DNA of 64,000 bases from the human T2T-CHM13v2.0 reference genome, Homo sapiens. The translations under genes and the position numbers were made by a program. The stretch is from assembly GCF_009914755.1 (NCBI RefSeq), contig NC_060941.1. The stretch is one strand, 5' to 3'. Positions 1-15,967 of the stretch are shown piece by piece. Under the pieces are notes generated by a model. It did no database searches. It was not told where the DNA came from and saw only the letters and a program-made list of their open reading frames with translations. Position 1 is the stretch's first letter. Each line of letters starts with the position of its first letter.

Positions 1-1127
1 ATGGACAACTGGAGAGTGAGCAATGCAGAGAGGAGCTTCATTGAGCAACAGAACAGCTCTCAAGAGATCCAAAGTGGGAAGCTCCTTTCCACAAGCAGGT
101 CATCCCTGCAAGTGTCCAGTTCTCACCAGAGAGGAGACCTGGATTGAGTAGCTCCTATGCACAGGCAGGTTGTCCCGACAAGTGTACAACCCTCAGCAGA
201 GAGGAGACCTGGAATGGGTAGCTTCTATCTACAGGCAGTTTGTCCCATCAAGTGTGCAGCCCTCAGCAGAGAGGAGACCTGGAGTGGATAGCTCCTATGT
301 ACAGGCAGGATGTCCCAACAAGTGTGCAACCCTCAGCAGAGAGGAGACCTGGAATGGGTAGCTCCTATCTACAGGCAGGTTGTCCCATCGAGTGTTCAGC
401 TCTCAGGGGAGAGGAGACATGGAGTGGGTAGCTCCTATCTGCAGGCAGGTTGTCTCATCTCTGTGAGTTTGGCTGAGTCCAGGGTTTTTATGGGCTTCAG
501 AAGGGAGGACATGCATGCTAATTGGTTCATGGGCAGGCCTGGAAAAAGCACCATAAGTTCTCACTCAGGGCCATGGACTCCACCCAGAACTGACAGCCCA
601 GCCCCCATGCTTCAGGCCGTTTCTGGCCTGAAGGTGGGGCTTCACTGGGGACCCACTCCTTTCCACCCAGGAGCCTGTCTGCCTCCTGCCACCATCAATC
701 ATGTCATCCATGGCACCCAGGCTGTTCATGCCGAGAGGCACCTGCAGGCCGAGAGGCACCTGCAGGCCTGCACCAAGCCACCCTCAGCCTACCCTCAGCC
801 TCCCTCCCATGCTCGTCAGCACCCAAAGTCCAGAGGGGACTGAGGCAGCATGGGGCTGGCGTGTCAACACTGCCCTGAACAGACATACACCTGGCCGGGT
901 CACAACAGTGCCCAGCTTCAGCCTCAGCTTTGCTCCGAAATCAGAGTGGGCACTGGGAACAGGGAGAGGCCAAGTAGAGCTGGCACTTCTGAGCCTGTGG
1001 GGGTATGGGGATCTTCCCGGGCCCCCAAGAGCACATGGATGCCCAGGTCTGCAGCCATGGCTGGGCAGGGCTCCCACCCTGACAACTCAGGAGGGGGCAG
1101 GGCTCCCGTCTGTTTACAGCTCACCCT
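1..1127 (-). mobile_element. ERV1 LTR, MER52-like, with internal 70-bp tandem units
   Basis: Repeated GAGAGGAGACC.GGAGTGGGTAGCTCCT...CAGGCAGGT.GTCCC motif and GC-rich body typical of MER52; continues off the window start. Confidence 0.75.
61..455. repeat. 70-bp tandem repeat, about 5.5 copies, inside the LTR
   Basis: gaggagacc/a recurs at 131, 201, 271, 341 and 411. Confidence 0.9.
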
Positions 1128-1129
1128 AG

Positions 1130-2052
1130 ACTCTATTTATAGTTTTTTTTAGGAACCTCCAAACTGTTCTCCATATTGATTGCACTAATTTACATTCCCA
1201 CCAACAGCATACAAGTGTTCCCTTTTCTCCACATCCTTCTCAGCATTTGTTAATTGCCTGTCTTTTGGATAAAAGCCATTTTAACTGGGATGAGATGATA
1301 TCTCGTGGTAGTTTTCATTTGAATTTCTGTGATGATCAGTGATCATATACCTGTTTGCCATTTGTGTGTCTTCTTTTGAGAAATGTCTATTCAGATCTTT
1401 TGCCCATTTTTAAATCATATTATTAGATTTTTTCCTATAGAGTTGTTTGAGCTCTTTATATATTCTGGTTATTAATCCCTTGTCAAATGGGTAGTTTGCA
1501 AGTATTTTCTTCCATTCTATGGGTTGTCTCTTCACTTTGTTGTTTCCTTCCTTTGCTGTGCAGAAGCTTTGTAACTTGCTGAGGTCCCATTTGTCCATTT
1601 TTGCTTTGCTTGTCTGTGCTTTTGGGGTATTGCTCCAGAAGTCTCTATCCAGACCAATGTCTTGAAAAGTTTCCCTAATATTTTCTTTTAATAGTTTCAT
1701 AGTTTCCGGTTTTAGATTTAAGTTTGCAATCCATTTTGATTTGATTTTTGTATATGGTGAGAGATAGGGATCTAGTTTCATTCTTCTGCCTATGGATATC
1801 CAGTTTTCCCAGCACCATTTATTGAAGAGACTGTCCTTTCCCCAAAGTATGTTCTTGGAACCTTTTTTAAAAATGAGTTCACTGTAGATGTATGAATTTA
1901 TTTCTAGGCTCTCTATTCTGTTCCACTGGTCTACATGTCTGTTTTTATACCAGTACCATGCCGTTTGGGTCTATAGTATAATTTGAAGTCAGGCAATATG
2001 ATTCCTCCAGTTTTGTTCTTGCTTAGGATAGCTTTGGCTATTCTGGGTCTTT
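1130..2052 (-). mobile_element. LINE-1 fragment (L1MA/L1PB-like), ORF2 C-terminal region
   Basis: ORF 1410..1781(-) [37 protein letters not shown] is L1 ORF2p sequence. Confidence 0.92.
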
Positions 2053-2769
2053 CACTAACACTTGACTATTAGTAGATGAGCTTACCTCCCTGGGACCATT
2101 AGTGCTTCATCTCTTTTCAGAGTCTAGACATTCTTCACTTCTAATTCTTCTCTATCTTCCACTGAGTGGTAATCAGTCTTCTGATGTCATAGTTTAGTTG
2201 TGTGATTTCCAAGAAGATATTTCATTGACCTGTAATATTATTGGGGATTTATCTAATTTGCCAATGAATATTTTTTCCTATTATCCACTTTCTAACCCCC
2301 TATTGGCATCAAGAGTAAATCTGAGACTCATATCTGAAGTAATGACCCAATGTCATGGTTTTGTGATATGACAAACGGGAGGAATTACATGAACTCTAAT
2401 ATATATTTTGAAATATGTTCAATTTGCCAACACATTGAATGTCTTTTAGCTTTACAAGTTTGTTTTGTCTCAGCATAAATCATAGGATCGACATCTATTA
2501 GTCAAATAGGCAAACTGTTCCCATCTTTCACCCTGTCAGACCATTAGAAGATGGGCCACAGCAACATTTTTTTTTTCGTTTTCCAAATCCAAAATGAAAT
2601 TTGGAAAAAGCTGCTAATTAGAATTCTTCTCCAAACCCAGTTAAAACTGAGAACTACTTATTCTGTCATAAAAACTTATGAGAGATTTCCTAAGTCTATA
2701 TACATACAGAGATATAGTTCTGCTTGTGATAAGTTGGAAAGAGTGCATCGTTTTATGAGTTGGCAAGAA

Positions 2770-2804
2770 TATACTTGATCTTAGCCAAAAGGCCCAGAAG
2801 TGAT
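2770..2804 (-). pseudogene. U2 snRNA 5' fragment (nt 1-35), tailless retrocopy with TSD
   Basis: Reverse complement ATCACTTCTGGGCCTTTTGGCTAAGATCAAGTATA vs U2 ATCGCTTCTCGGCCTTTTGGCTAAGATCAAGTGTA (32/35); flanked by gagttggcaagaata and gacttggcaagaata. Confidence 0.92.
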
Positions 2805-2855
2805 GACTTGGCAAGAATAAATGCTTAGCGTTTACTTATTCATGAAGCATTTACA

Positions 2856-3017
2856 GGCCAGGCAAGGTGGCTTATGCCTGTAATCCCAGGGCTTTGGAAA
2901 GCCAAGGTGGGAGAATCACTTGAGGCCAGGAGTTCAAGGTTACAGTGAGGTATGTCATGCCACTGCACTCTAGCCTGGGTGACAGAGTGAGACCCTGACT
3001 CTTAAAAAAAAAAAAAA
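2856..3017 (+). mobile_element. Alu monomer (FAM/FRAM-like)
   Basis: GGCCAGGC...single arm of ~145 nt plus A tail. Confidence 0.85.
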
Positions 3018-3559
3018 TTACAGAACAGCCAACTAATGAAAACACAGAGGAGACTTACATCTATATTGTTTGTAAAAGGTAATAACTGCTTTATGTGTTT
3101 AAAAATACATATAGAGCTTTTTTAAGGTGGATATGTTCGGTATAGTGAATACTGGTTACAGCAACTTAATCTAAAATGAGGTGGAAGTAGGGCAGGCGAT
3201 TAAGGGAAATTTCTTGTACTGAAAGTAGCACAGGAATTAGAGGCTAATTATTCTATTAATGAGTCTCCGAAGCAATACTGGCTGGATCAAAAGATAAGAA
3301 CCCCACAAGTTTTCCTAGGTTGTCAAACCAAGATTAATGGCACAGCAGTCAGGAGGAGCTATTGCCAGTGTAGTGCAACATGACAGCATATTCTCTTTTT
3401 TGCAAGTAAAGCAATTCACTCGGCCATCTCTAGAGACTTTCAAAAGCGGGTAGATCTCCACATTTTCAACACTAATAGCGTTCCATCCTGTCAACCATAA
3501 GAAGCCACAGCTGTGAGACATGAATTTACTGTAGCCGTCCACATATCCAGTTGGTTCTA

Positions 3560-4300
3560 CCACCCAAATTTTACTTGCAAGTATCTGTTTGTTTCCATCT
3601 CTCATGATCATAATGACCACATCCTGGGATCTCACATGGATTACTTTCACCTCTTGGTCTCCCTTCTTGCCCTCTTCGAGTCCATTCTCCACCAGCAGCC
3701 AGAGCAATCTTATAAAAACACAAATCAGACCATGTAACCTCTTCCTGAAAATCCTCCAGTGGCTTTCTATGATTAGAGTAAAATCAAAGCCAGATTGTTC
3801 AAAGCCCTGTATTTATAGATATAGCTTCTGCCTCCCTCCCTGAATTAAGTTCATTCTTTCTCCCTCTTATTCACAATTTTCTGCCAGTTTTTAGAACTTG
3901 CACTTTCCCACCTCTGGGCCTTTGCACTTAACAGTTCCCTCCATCTGGAGCTCACTTTCCCAGGCATCTCATCACATAGAAAGATCTCTCACTCCTCCTT
4001 CAGATCTCAGCTTAAATGCCACCTCCTCAGAAAGACTTCTGCTTGTCACGTTATCTAAGTAAGTGCCTCCTGGTTTATCTCTTAATCATAACATCCTTTT
4101 TACCTCCTTTCTAACACTTATCACAATTTATTATTAATTGTAGGTGAATACTCGTTTTTGTCCACTTTTCTGTCTAAAATGAGCTCGATGAGGACAAGAA
4201 CCTTCTCTGTATTGCTCACTGTGTCTTCCTAATGATTAGTAGAGTGCCTGGAACACAGTAAGCGCACGGTAAATTTTTTTTTGATGACGAACTAATGAGC
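3560..4300 (+). mobile_element. L2 3' region, degenerate
   Basis: tccattctccaccagcagccagag, cttaaatgccacctcctcagaaag and agtgcctggaacacagtaagcg motifs of the L2 3' end. Confidence 0.7.
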
Positions 4301-5384
4301 CAACAAAGGAATGATAAGTGGTACTAATTTTAAGCTAGCAACTTCAAATATTTGAGAAACTCTTCCCACAACTCAACAGATAGTATCTTTTGTTCACTTT
4401 GTTACCTCCTGCCATGCCTCGGGAGTTAAGTGAAGACATGCATTTCAGCAAGTATTCAGTGAATATTTATTAAGTAATATATTTAAGGCTCTGTCTTAAG
4501 CACTGCTGGGAATACAAATACAAGTAAGATCTGTCTACCAAGACTTACAGGTTAGTGTTTTTAACAGACACATTTATAACTAGCTATAATTCAAGGCAGA
4601 GTGCTGTGCTAGAGGTATAAACAAAGAGCTGAGGGGCATGGAGGAGGAAGAGAGAAGTGATCAATTTTCCTATGACTACCGTTGGTGTTTCAAACTGACA
4701 TTTCAGTGGAGTCATAGCTCTTCTGCCTCATGAAGCCCTGCCAGCTACCTAAAGACTTCTTGTTGGAACAGAGAAAAGATGACCATTTTCCTAGAGCTAG
4801 AGATGCATTAACAGAACAGAAAGGCAGTAGGAAGATGTGAGGCAAAGTGGGAGAAAGCAGCAAATTCCTATTCAGATTCTATATTTACAAGAAAATAATG
4901 CTTTTCCACTCATTTCTATAAAGGTACCTTTTGGTCATACTTACAGTTTACTTTCACAAGGGTCATACATTTCCATATTGACTATAAAACAGCACAAGGG
5001 AACCAGAAATATATTTTGAATTCAGCTTCCATGAGAAAGCCATGAAAAAATATGCCGAAGCAGTTACTGACTGTTAAGTGAAAAATGGAAGAAATAATTT
5101 TCGCCAAGAAGCATGAGTATCATTTGCTGAGAATGGATAGCCACAAGCAGACTATAAGACAGCAACAACTAAAGTTTAACTGTTGGCAGAATTTTTAAGA
5201 AGAGAAGTGGAAAAGATCAGGATTGTTAACCTATTCTTAATACTTGAGTCATATGCACACTCATTTCACAGTCTTAACAGCGACAGCAGAAATATCTGCA
5301 AATTCAAAGTCAAATTGAGTACTGAATTGGAAAGTGAATCTGGAAGTCCTTGCATTGCTCTTCCTTGTACCCACTTGCTTGGTT

Positions 5385-7040
5385 TTATTCATTCATGAAA
5401 CACAAAACACTTAGTGAGCTTCTTCTCCTCTACACCAAGGACTGTGCTAACCACTAGAGAAACTTAGGTGGCTTAAGACACCCCTGACACTAAAGCCATT
5501 ATACTCTAAAGCAAGCTTGTCCAACCCACGGCCCATGGGCCACATGTGTCCCCGGGAGGCTTTGAATGTGGCCCAACATAAATTCGTACACTTTCTCAAA
5601 ACATGATGAGATTTTTTTGCAATTTTTTTAGCTCATCTGGTATCTGTAGTGTTAGTATATTTTATGTGTGGCTCAAAACAATTCTTCTTCTTCCAGTGTG
5701 GCCCCAGGAAGCCAAAAGATTGGATACCCCTGCTCTAAAGGAAAGTCAGACACAGCAACCAACAATAGTGCCATAGTACAAAGTATTATAGGAACCTAGA
5801 CAAAGAGGAAATACTTTTCAGAAGAGGTAACATTAAAGTTCAGCCTGGAAGTATGGGTTGAATTCTGTTAAGCAGCAAGGGAATGCAGGAGCACTGTAGG
5901 CAGAAAGGAAAAGGTAATGGCAGTAACAGAAACAAGGAGGAGTGAGAACATATGAAATGCCTTTGGGGAACTGTGAGCAGCTATGATGAGAGAATAAGAT
6001 GCGTGATCAGGAAGAGAGGATGATAGGAGGTGTCACTGGGAAAACCTTAAATGCCATATTTAAGACTTTATAATTCTGTAGATAACAGGGAGCCTCTGTA
6101 GCCTTTTGAGAAGGAAGAAACAAAGATCTGATAACTCTGGTGATGTGAAAGATAGCTCTGACAAGTGATGTATGGAAGATGAGTCGAAATGAAGGGAAGA
6201 GACTGCAAGTTGGGCTACTAATTAAGAGGTTTATAGCAACAGTCTAGGTGAGGAATGGTAAGACCTATAACAGGAGAATAGAGAGCAGAGTGTATGTGGG
6301 AGAGATATTTTGGTGATACTGAAAAGCACTTGGTCTTTTTTTATATGGTATGTGAAAGGTCAGGACAGAGGGATCAAAAGTGACGAGATTTATCTTGAAT
6401 GATGGATAATAGTGATGGTACTAACCAACATAGAACTTTCTGAATGGAGGAGGGGCTCTAACATGAGCAAAGGCAGGAGGAAGAACAGGCTTATGGGGAG
6501 AAAGTGAGTCCTATTTTGGACATGTTCATAATGAATTGCCTCTGAGGAAAGATGCACAGAATATATTTAGGAATGTGCCTTTAGAAAATAGACAGAGAGA
6601 ATGCTCAAGGCATGCAGCTATAACTTTGTGCATTACCAGCAAATAACTGACAGTAGAAGCCATAGTACTAAACGAGATCACCCAAGAATATAAAGTAGAA
6701 AGTTTAGAAGCATGAAACAGAATAGTTATATTTAAATGCTAAAAGAAGATGATGAGCCAAATAGTAATTTAGAGGGGAATTAGAGAAACAAAAGGAAGTA
6801 AGGTCATGGAAGTCAAAGGAGAAGGCAGTTTCAAGGAGGGGATGCTCACCAGCACCTTGTACTGCAATAAGGCAAAGGGTAAGAGGCCATATATGGCTTT
6901 TGCTAGAATACTTTGCATAGAATGATTGGTAGCAGAAGTCCAATTCCCATAAGTTAAAAACTACATGTGAAATGAAAAAGTAGAGACCACTACCATAGAC
7001 TCAACTTCCCAAAATTTTAGCAATGAAGGAAGGGAAAAGT
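5385..7040 (-). mobile_element. L2, degenerate, interrupted by MER30
   Basis: ttcattcatga..., purine-rich body, gagtcctattttggacatgtt and agatcacccaag motifs of antisense L2. Confidence 0.6.
5512..5732. mobile_element. MER30 (hAT-Charlie MITE) with intact 8-bp TSD
   Basis: Ends CAAGCTTGTCCAA...TTGGATACCCCTG; CTCTAAAG duplicated at 5504-5511 and 5733-5740. Confidence 0.9.
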
Positions 7041-7667
7041 TTGACCATGTTGGTTGACACTGGAAAACGGGAAGATAAAAAGTAAGAGACTAAACATAGA
7101 AGAGAGGCAAAGGATGATGAGTTCTAGAAACCTGGCTATCAAAAGGGCAACTTAAAGTCCTTTTTGAACAAACCTTTTTGAACTTTTGGAAACCCATATC
7201 TTTTTAGTTGCCACACTCGTGTTCCTAGTAGGGCTCAGGAGCTACAGAACATTAAGAACCTGGCCAGAAGACACCTTTGTCCAACTGGCAGAAAGGGAGA
7301 TGGAGGCACGGGGATCCTTGCTAGAAGGACTAAATTCCCCATGTCCTAAACAATGATTATCTGATGGTATCATCTGAATTTCTCAGAGGAATTAATCTTA
7401 CTGAAAATACCACTTTATCAGGTCATCCTACAAGTTACTTTTTTGCAAACACAAAGACCCCTGGTAACACAAGAGAAACATCCATTTAAAGGAACTTCCC
7501 TCTTTCACCTTTCGCTCTTTATGGTGGGCTCTGGTAGGGAATCTATCGATGATACCATAGTTTGAATACTTTCAGCTAGCTGTGAGTTTGAAAAATTACT
7601 TCATGTTGGCTAGGAATGAGTGGTTTGGAATAGACAGGCTTTTATACTGGAAGGCTGCTGGGGATAG

Positions 7668-8118
<451 letters not shown>

Positions 8119-8314
8119 TAATTGCAGTTTTTAATCCCTCCATCCTTACCTTCCCTACACAAAAAAAAGACCAAGTGCTTTTGAGTATCACCAAAATGTC
8201 TCTCCCACATACACCCTGCTCTCTCTTCTCATTTAATAGGTCTTAGCATTTCTCACCTAGCCTTTTGCTATAAACCTCATAACTGATGTCCCAACTAGTA
8301 TCCCAAATATCTAA

Positions 8315-8693
<379 letters not shown>

Positions 8694-8769
8694 TCCTTAG
8701 TCCTCCTTTCTACTCTTTCTTCATCCTTCTATCCATCCTCTGTTAGCAATCCCTCATAAACTAATTTTC

Positions 8770-9200
8770 TTGTTTTATTTAAGGTAATGCTAACTACTGA
8801 AATAAGTAAACCCCAAAACCTAAGTGATTTATCACAATAGAAATTTATTTTTCACTCACATGAAGTCCAAAGGCACCACATGTTTTGGAAGAGGTCTGCC
8901 CTGTACCATTTTTCAGAGACGCAGGCCAATGGGGGCTCTGCCATCTTTCACACACTGCTTCCCAGCGTAATTGTTGTTTTCATCAACTGGCAGATGGGGG
9001 AAGACAAAAAACAGTGGAAGAGTGGAAGATTCTTCTGGGCCAGGTCTGAAGTGAATATTATTTCTGTCTGCATTTCGTTAACCAGAACTGAGTCACATAA
9101 CCCCACTTGAATGCGAGGTCCCTGGCAAGGAAGCCACTTGCCAACAAGAACTCTTGACTTGGAAGGCGAGCACAATCTTTGGAGGCCGCCAGCCATCTCT
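8770..9200. mobile_element. MLT1-type MaLR LTR, degenerate
   Basis: aaaccccaaaacctaagtgatttatcacaatagaaatttatttttcactcaca...gccaggtctgaagtg...agaactgagtcacat pattern. Confidence 0.6.
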
Positions 9201-9352
9201 GCCTCATAATTCTCGTCTCACTAGGTCTCTTTAAATAACCCACATTAGCCTCCGTAATATAAAGACACTTCACAGCAGCACATATTATTTCCTCCAAAAT
9301 TATAAGATAGGCTTTAGATTATAAGAATTTTCTTGCCAGCTAGCTGTAACTA

Positions 9353-9822
<470 letters not shown>

Positions 9823-11101
9823 CTAGAAATATCCAGATTTATTTGTTAGCATGTTTTGGTACTACAAAGAGAAACTTTAAGACTAGCTATCTCCTGGGGT
9901 GCTAAGTGAAAACCTATTAGAAAAACAAACATAATGCCATTGTATATTTTGTGTGAAACAACTGTTATCCAACTTCCATAATGTTAAATGAGGATAGAGG
10001 GGAGTGATTCTTGCTTTAGAAAGGGTTTTTCTCTAAAAGACTCCATAGCTCTGAACTCTTGAGGTACAGGATCATCAAGTGACAGTAGTTCCTCACTGCC
10101 TTGTAACCCGTAGTTATCCAGAAGTGAGTGTCATTTGTCTCCAGTATCAAGGGACTACTCATGCCTACAAATGAGAGTGCAAGTAGAATTTGCTCTCTGC
10201 TATCCTGGATACCACCTTCTCTGACTTTTGTCAAAACACGCATACTTATCCAGCAAAGGGGAGGAGGGAGAGTGCTGGGGGAAGGATCCTCAACTGTGAC
10301 CTGTGATCAACTTTCTCCTAAAATATCTAAAATCAAATATACCTTGAATATAAGATTTACTATCCTCCTGAAAACCTCTGGTCTACATGAGAAATTTATA
10401 TTCTTCCTGTTAGCGTAATTTTTACCTTGTTTCTTAGGGATCAGTTAGCTCTGTCCTTACCCTCCCCTCTGCCTGAAGTTACAATTCCAAGTTGCATTTG
10501 CTAGCAGTGAACGGCATCTGTACCCCAGTAATTTTTCCCTGATCTGTGGACTTCTCTTCTGGCTGCAAAGGTAGTAGGGTACAGTGTGGAAGGGTAAGGA
10601 TCAGGGTTAAGGACAGGGTATCACATTTCACCCTGCTACACACATTAAAGACTAAAGTTCCATTTGAACACACAATCATCTTCCTATATGTTTAAAGTCA
10701 TTTGTGGTTACTGGTCATTCCTTTAGTTTAGCGTTACACTAGTTACTCTGAAGAATATAAAAGAAATATAAAATAAAATGCATTCGCTTAATATGTCTCA
10801 CTTAATTCTTACCACAGTCCTGAGAGGTAGATGTTACTATCCCTGTCTCACAAAGAGGTTCAGTATCTTGTCCTAGGTTATAAAGTGTGTAAGTGGCAGA
10901 ACTAGGATTTAAAAGTAGGTCTGTTTGACTTTTAGGGATGAAGAGGCAGCACTGTGAATGCCAGTAAGGAAATTTGTAAAGTAACTTTGAATCATAAGGT
11001 GATATTATATAAGCTATGTGAAAATAATTCTCTTCTGTCTTCACTTCCCTACCCCATGGCCTTTATGACCATATCTGAACCCATGTTAAAGTTGATTATG
11101 A

Positions 11102-11414
<313 letters not shown>

Positions 11415-11918
11415 TCATCATCTTTAATTATAAAGGGAAAGCATAGTTGTGCTCTGTCATGCTTTAAAACATACCACGCTTCCTAGAGCTGTCTCTACCT
11501 TATTTCTTACCTACTCTTTCTCAAAATGCCAATCAAAAAGTGTCAAAATCATGGTTGCTGATTTTAATTATGTTAAAATTAAAGAATTCAGAGTTTATAC
11601 TATACAAATGAGTATATTGTTCTTTACAGTGGTGGATTTTTTTTCACACAAGTGTGTTCTGAAACAAAGACCAAGTTGCTAATCTTAGTGTGGTAATTGA
11701 ACTAGATTTCAGTGGAACTAGGTTTCAGTAGAACTAGATTTCAAAAACACTGAAGTTCTCATTCTAGCTCTTTTACTTCCTAGGCATGCGAGCTGGGTCT
11801 GTCCCTCAATCTTGCTTAGTCTCTGTCAATCCTCTACCATAATATTGGGAGTAGTATTTACTGCTATACCTATGGTATAATGATTTTTTGAGAATCTAAA
11901 AATTATTAAAGTATTTTT

Positions 11919-12216
<298 letters not shown>

Positions 12217-12250
12217 TTATTAAGTATTTTGATTTTTCAGTTGTTGTTGG

Positions 12251-12561
<311 letters not shown>

Positions 12562-12599
12562 TGAAAACCTTAAGATACACAGGTATAAGATGTTATTAT

Positions 12600-13350
12600 T
12601 TACTCATCCATTCTGCAAATATATACCCCTATTACCTAGACTCTGTTGAGGATAGAGGCCGTGCTTTTTCCCACGTGTGGAGTAGAGCAACATAGAAGAG
12701 TGCCCTGCAGTGGGTGCTGTAATGGAGATGTGTACCAGGTACAACAGGAACCTAAGGAAGGAACCCCTGAGTTTATCGGGGGGCACCAGGGAAGGCTTCA
12801 CAGAGGAGATGATGTGAGTTGCCATTTGAAGAATGAGAAATTGTTTTTCTGATGAACTAAACAGGAAAGAGAATTCCAGGCAGAGGGAAAGCATGTTTGA
12901 AACCCTACAGATAATTTACTCTGTTTAGAATTGAAAGGATAAGGTAAAAAGGTAAAGACAGACAAATAGGCAAGGGACAAATTATAGAAAGCCCTTGGAT
13001 ACCATGCTAAGGAATTTAAATTTTATATCAGAGGGAAAATAAAACTAGCAAATAATTTTGAGCAGAATTTTGATCAGGTTTTTGCAATGTAGATTATTGG
13101 GATGGCCAGGGAGTGAGCAGTCAAGAATAAAATGAAGAGAATGAGATACTTGTGACTTTTCAGGAGAGAAAATATAGGAGAGGGGGGAAATAGCTACTAC
13201 GTTTTATGCCTGAGTAACTGGCAATATTTAAAAAAAAGAGAGAGAGATGGTTTTGAGGGAAAGCTCCAACTTCAAAAAGTGAGTTTGATAGTGATGGAGG
13301 TGGAGAGATCCAGCAGACCGAGAAGCAGAATTAAATCTCAGTGCTCAAGA
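12600..13350 (-). mobile_element. L2, degenerate
   Basis: ttactcatccattc..., agggaaggcttcacagaggag and gaattccaggcagagggaa motifs. Confidence 0.65.
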
Positions 13351-14027
13351 TGTCACCATGGGAGCTAATATAGAATGTACATTGCTGTTTCCCCTTATGT
13401 CCTACATACCACAAACTTTGAGTCCAGTGTACTGATCAGAACCATCCTTTTAGTAATAATGTAGCATGCTTGTATTCAAAAAGAAATGAACTATAGTTGC
13501 CACCTTCATCTTATCCTTGACCTGTATTGCTTGCTGTTTCTCCTCAGTGCCTGATGCAAAAGCAAGCAGTTATCTCTAGCCAGCTGAAATGAAGACTAGA
13601 GAAATGCAGACATCTCACCAGCATTTCTTAGTTATGGTGGTAAAATGAAAACACTAGGGTAAAGTCAATTCTATGTCTAACTGAAAGTTCATTTCCTTGT
13701 CAAGCACAAGCTTTTTTACATTAATCCCAATAGGCATGAATTCTCATTAACAGCCTAAAGCATAGATAGTGGATCAGAGACTTATATTCAGAAGTTCTAG
13801 TCACAGTGGAACAGCCATGGATGAGTAACTTAAAGTAATAATTCTTATACCAGGGAGGCTACAATAATTTTACTGTTAAGAGCTGGACAGAATTTTGAGA
13901 TCTTGAGAGTAAGATACTTCATAAATGCTTTGTATTGTTGTCTAACTTCCATATGGTCTGTTAAAATAACTTACTCAAAAAATAACTTAATTCAAAAAGA
14001 ACAATCTCTATTGAAAAAACTAAAATA

Positions 14028-14327
14028 GGCTGGGTGCAGTGGCTCATGCTTGTAATCCCAGCATTTTGGGAGGCTGAGGTGGCCAGATCATGAGATCAGG
14101 AGTTCAAGTCCAGCCTGGCCAGCATGGTGAAACCCCATCTCTACTAAAAATACAAAAAATTAGCTGGGCATGGTGGCACATGCCTGTAATCCCAGCTATT
14201 TGGGAGGCTGAGAGGAGAATTGCTTGAACGTGGGAAGTGGAGGTTGCAGTGAGCCGAGATCACACCACTGCACTCCAGCCTGGGTGACAGAGCGAGACTT
14301 CATCTCAAAAAGAAAAAAATAAAATAA
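14028..14327 (+). mobile_element. AluS
   Basis: Full dimer with A-rich tail. Confidence 0.92.
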
Positions 14328-14371
14328 CCTATCACCTAAACTGAGTTTTCATGGGATAAATAAGAGTTCAG

Positions 14372-14547
14372 GGCCGGGTGCGGTGGCTCACACCTGTAAT
14401 CCCAGCACTTTGGGAGGCCAAGGCGGGTGGATCATGAAGTCAGGAGATTGAGACCATCCAGGCTAACACAGTGAAACCCCATCTCTACTAAAAAATACAA
14501 AAAAAAAAAAAAATTAGCCGGGCATGGTGGCAGGCGCCTGTAGTCCC
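14372..14547 (+). mobile_element. AluY 5' portion, truncated at TGTAGTCCC
   Basis: gagattgagaccatccaggctaacacagtg AluY diagnostics; ends abruptly in a THE1 LTR piece. Confidence 0.9.
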
Positions 14548-14716
14548 CATATGTTGTGGGAGGGACCTGGTGGGAGGTAATTGAATCATAGGGGCAGTTT
14601 CCCCCATGCTGTTCTCGTGATAGCTGATAGTTTTATAAGTGTCTGGCATTTCCTCTGCTGGCACTCATTATCTCTCCTGCCACCCTGTGAAGAGGTGCCT
14701 TCTGCTGTGACTGTAG
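14548..14716 (+). mobile_element. THE1 (THE1C-like) LTR fragment
   Basis: gggagggacctggtgggaggtaattgaatcat...gtgaagaggtgccttc; close match to the reverse complement of 15968-16318. Confidence 0.88.
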
Positions 14717-14906
14717 AGTTTTTAAGTGTCAGTAAAGAACCTGGAACACAGGGGATGGGACAGCTCCCATCATACATAGGAATCATCAAATGGATTTCAT
14801 TCCAGTAAGAGTTTAAAAAGGGACTTTAATTTTTGCCTTTACAGAATTTCTAAATTGTAGTGGATACCAGGTCACCTTGTTTGATTGGATGAATTAACCA
14901 TAATAG

Positions 14907-15967
<1,061 letters not shown>

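Noticed and set aside
61-455. CRISPR-like appearance of regularly spaced repeats (also 54803-54999)
   Set aside because: Whole units repeat with no unique spacers; eukaryotic intron context, no cas genes
170-1152. Several overlapping 60-177 aa ORFs
   Set aside because: They arise from the GC-rich LTR and its 70-bp repeat; no splice or domain support
13530-13645. Possible cryptic exon after tttctcctcag
   Set aside because: Weak donor, no protein similarity and no supporting features
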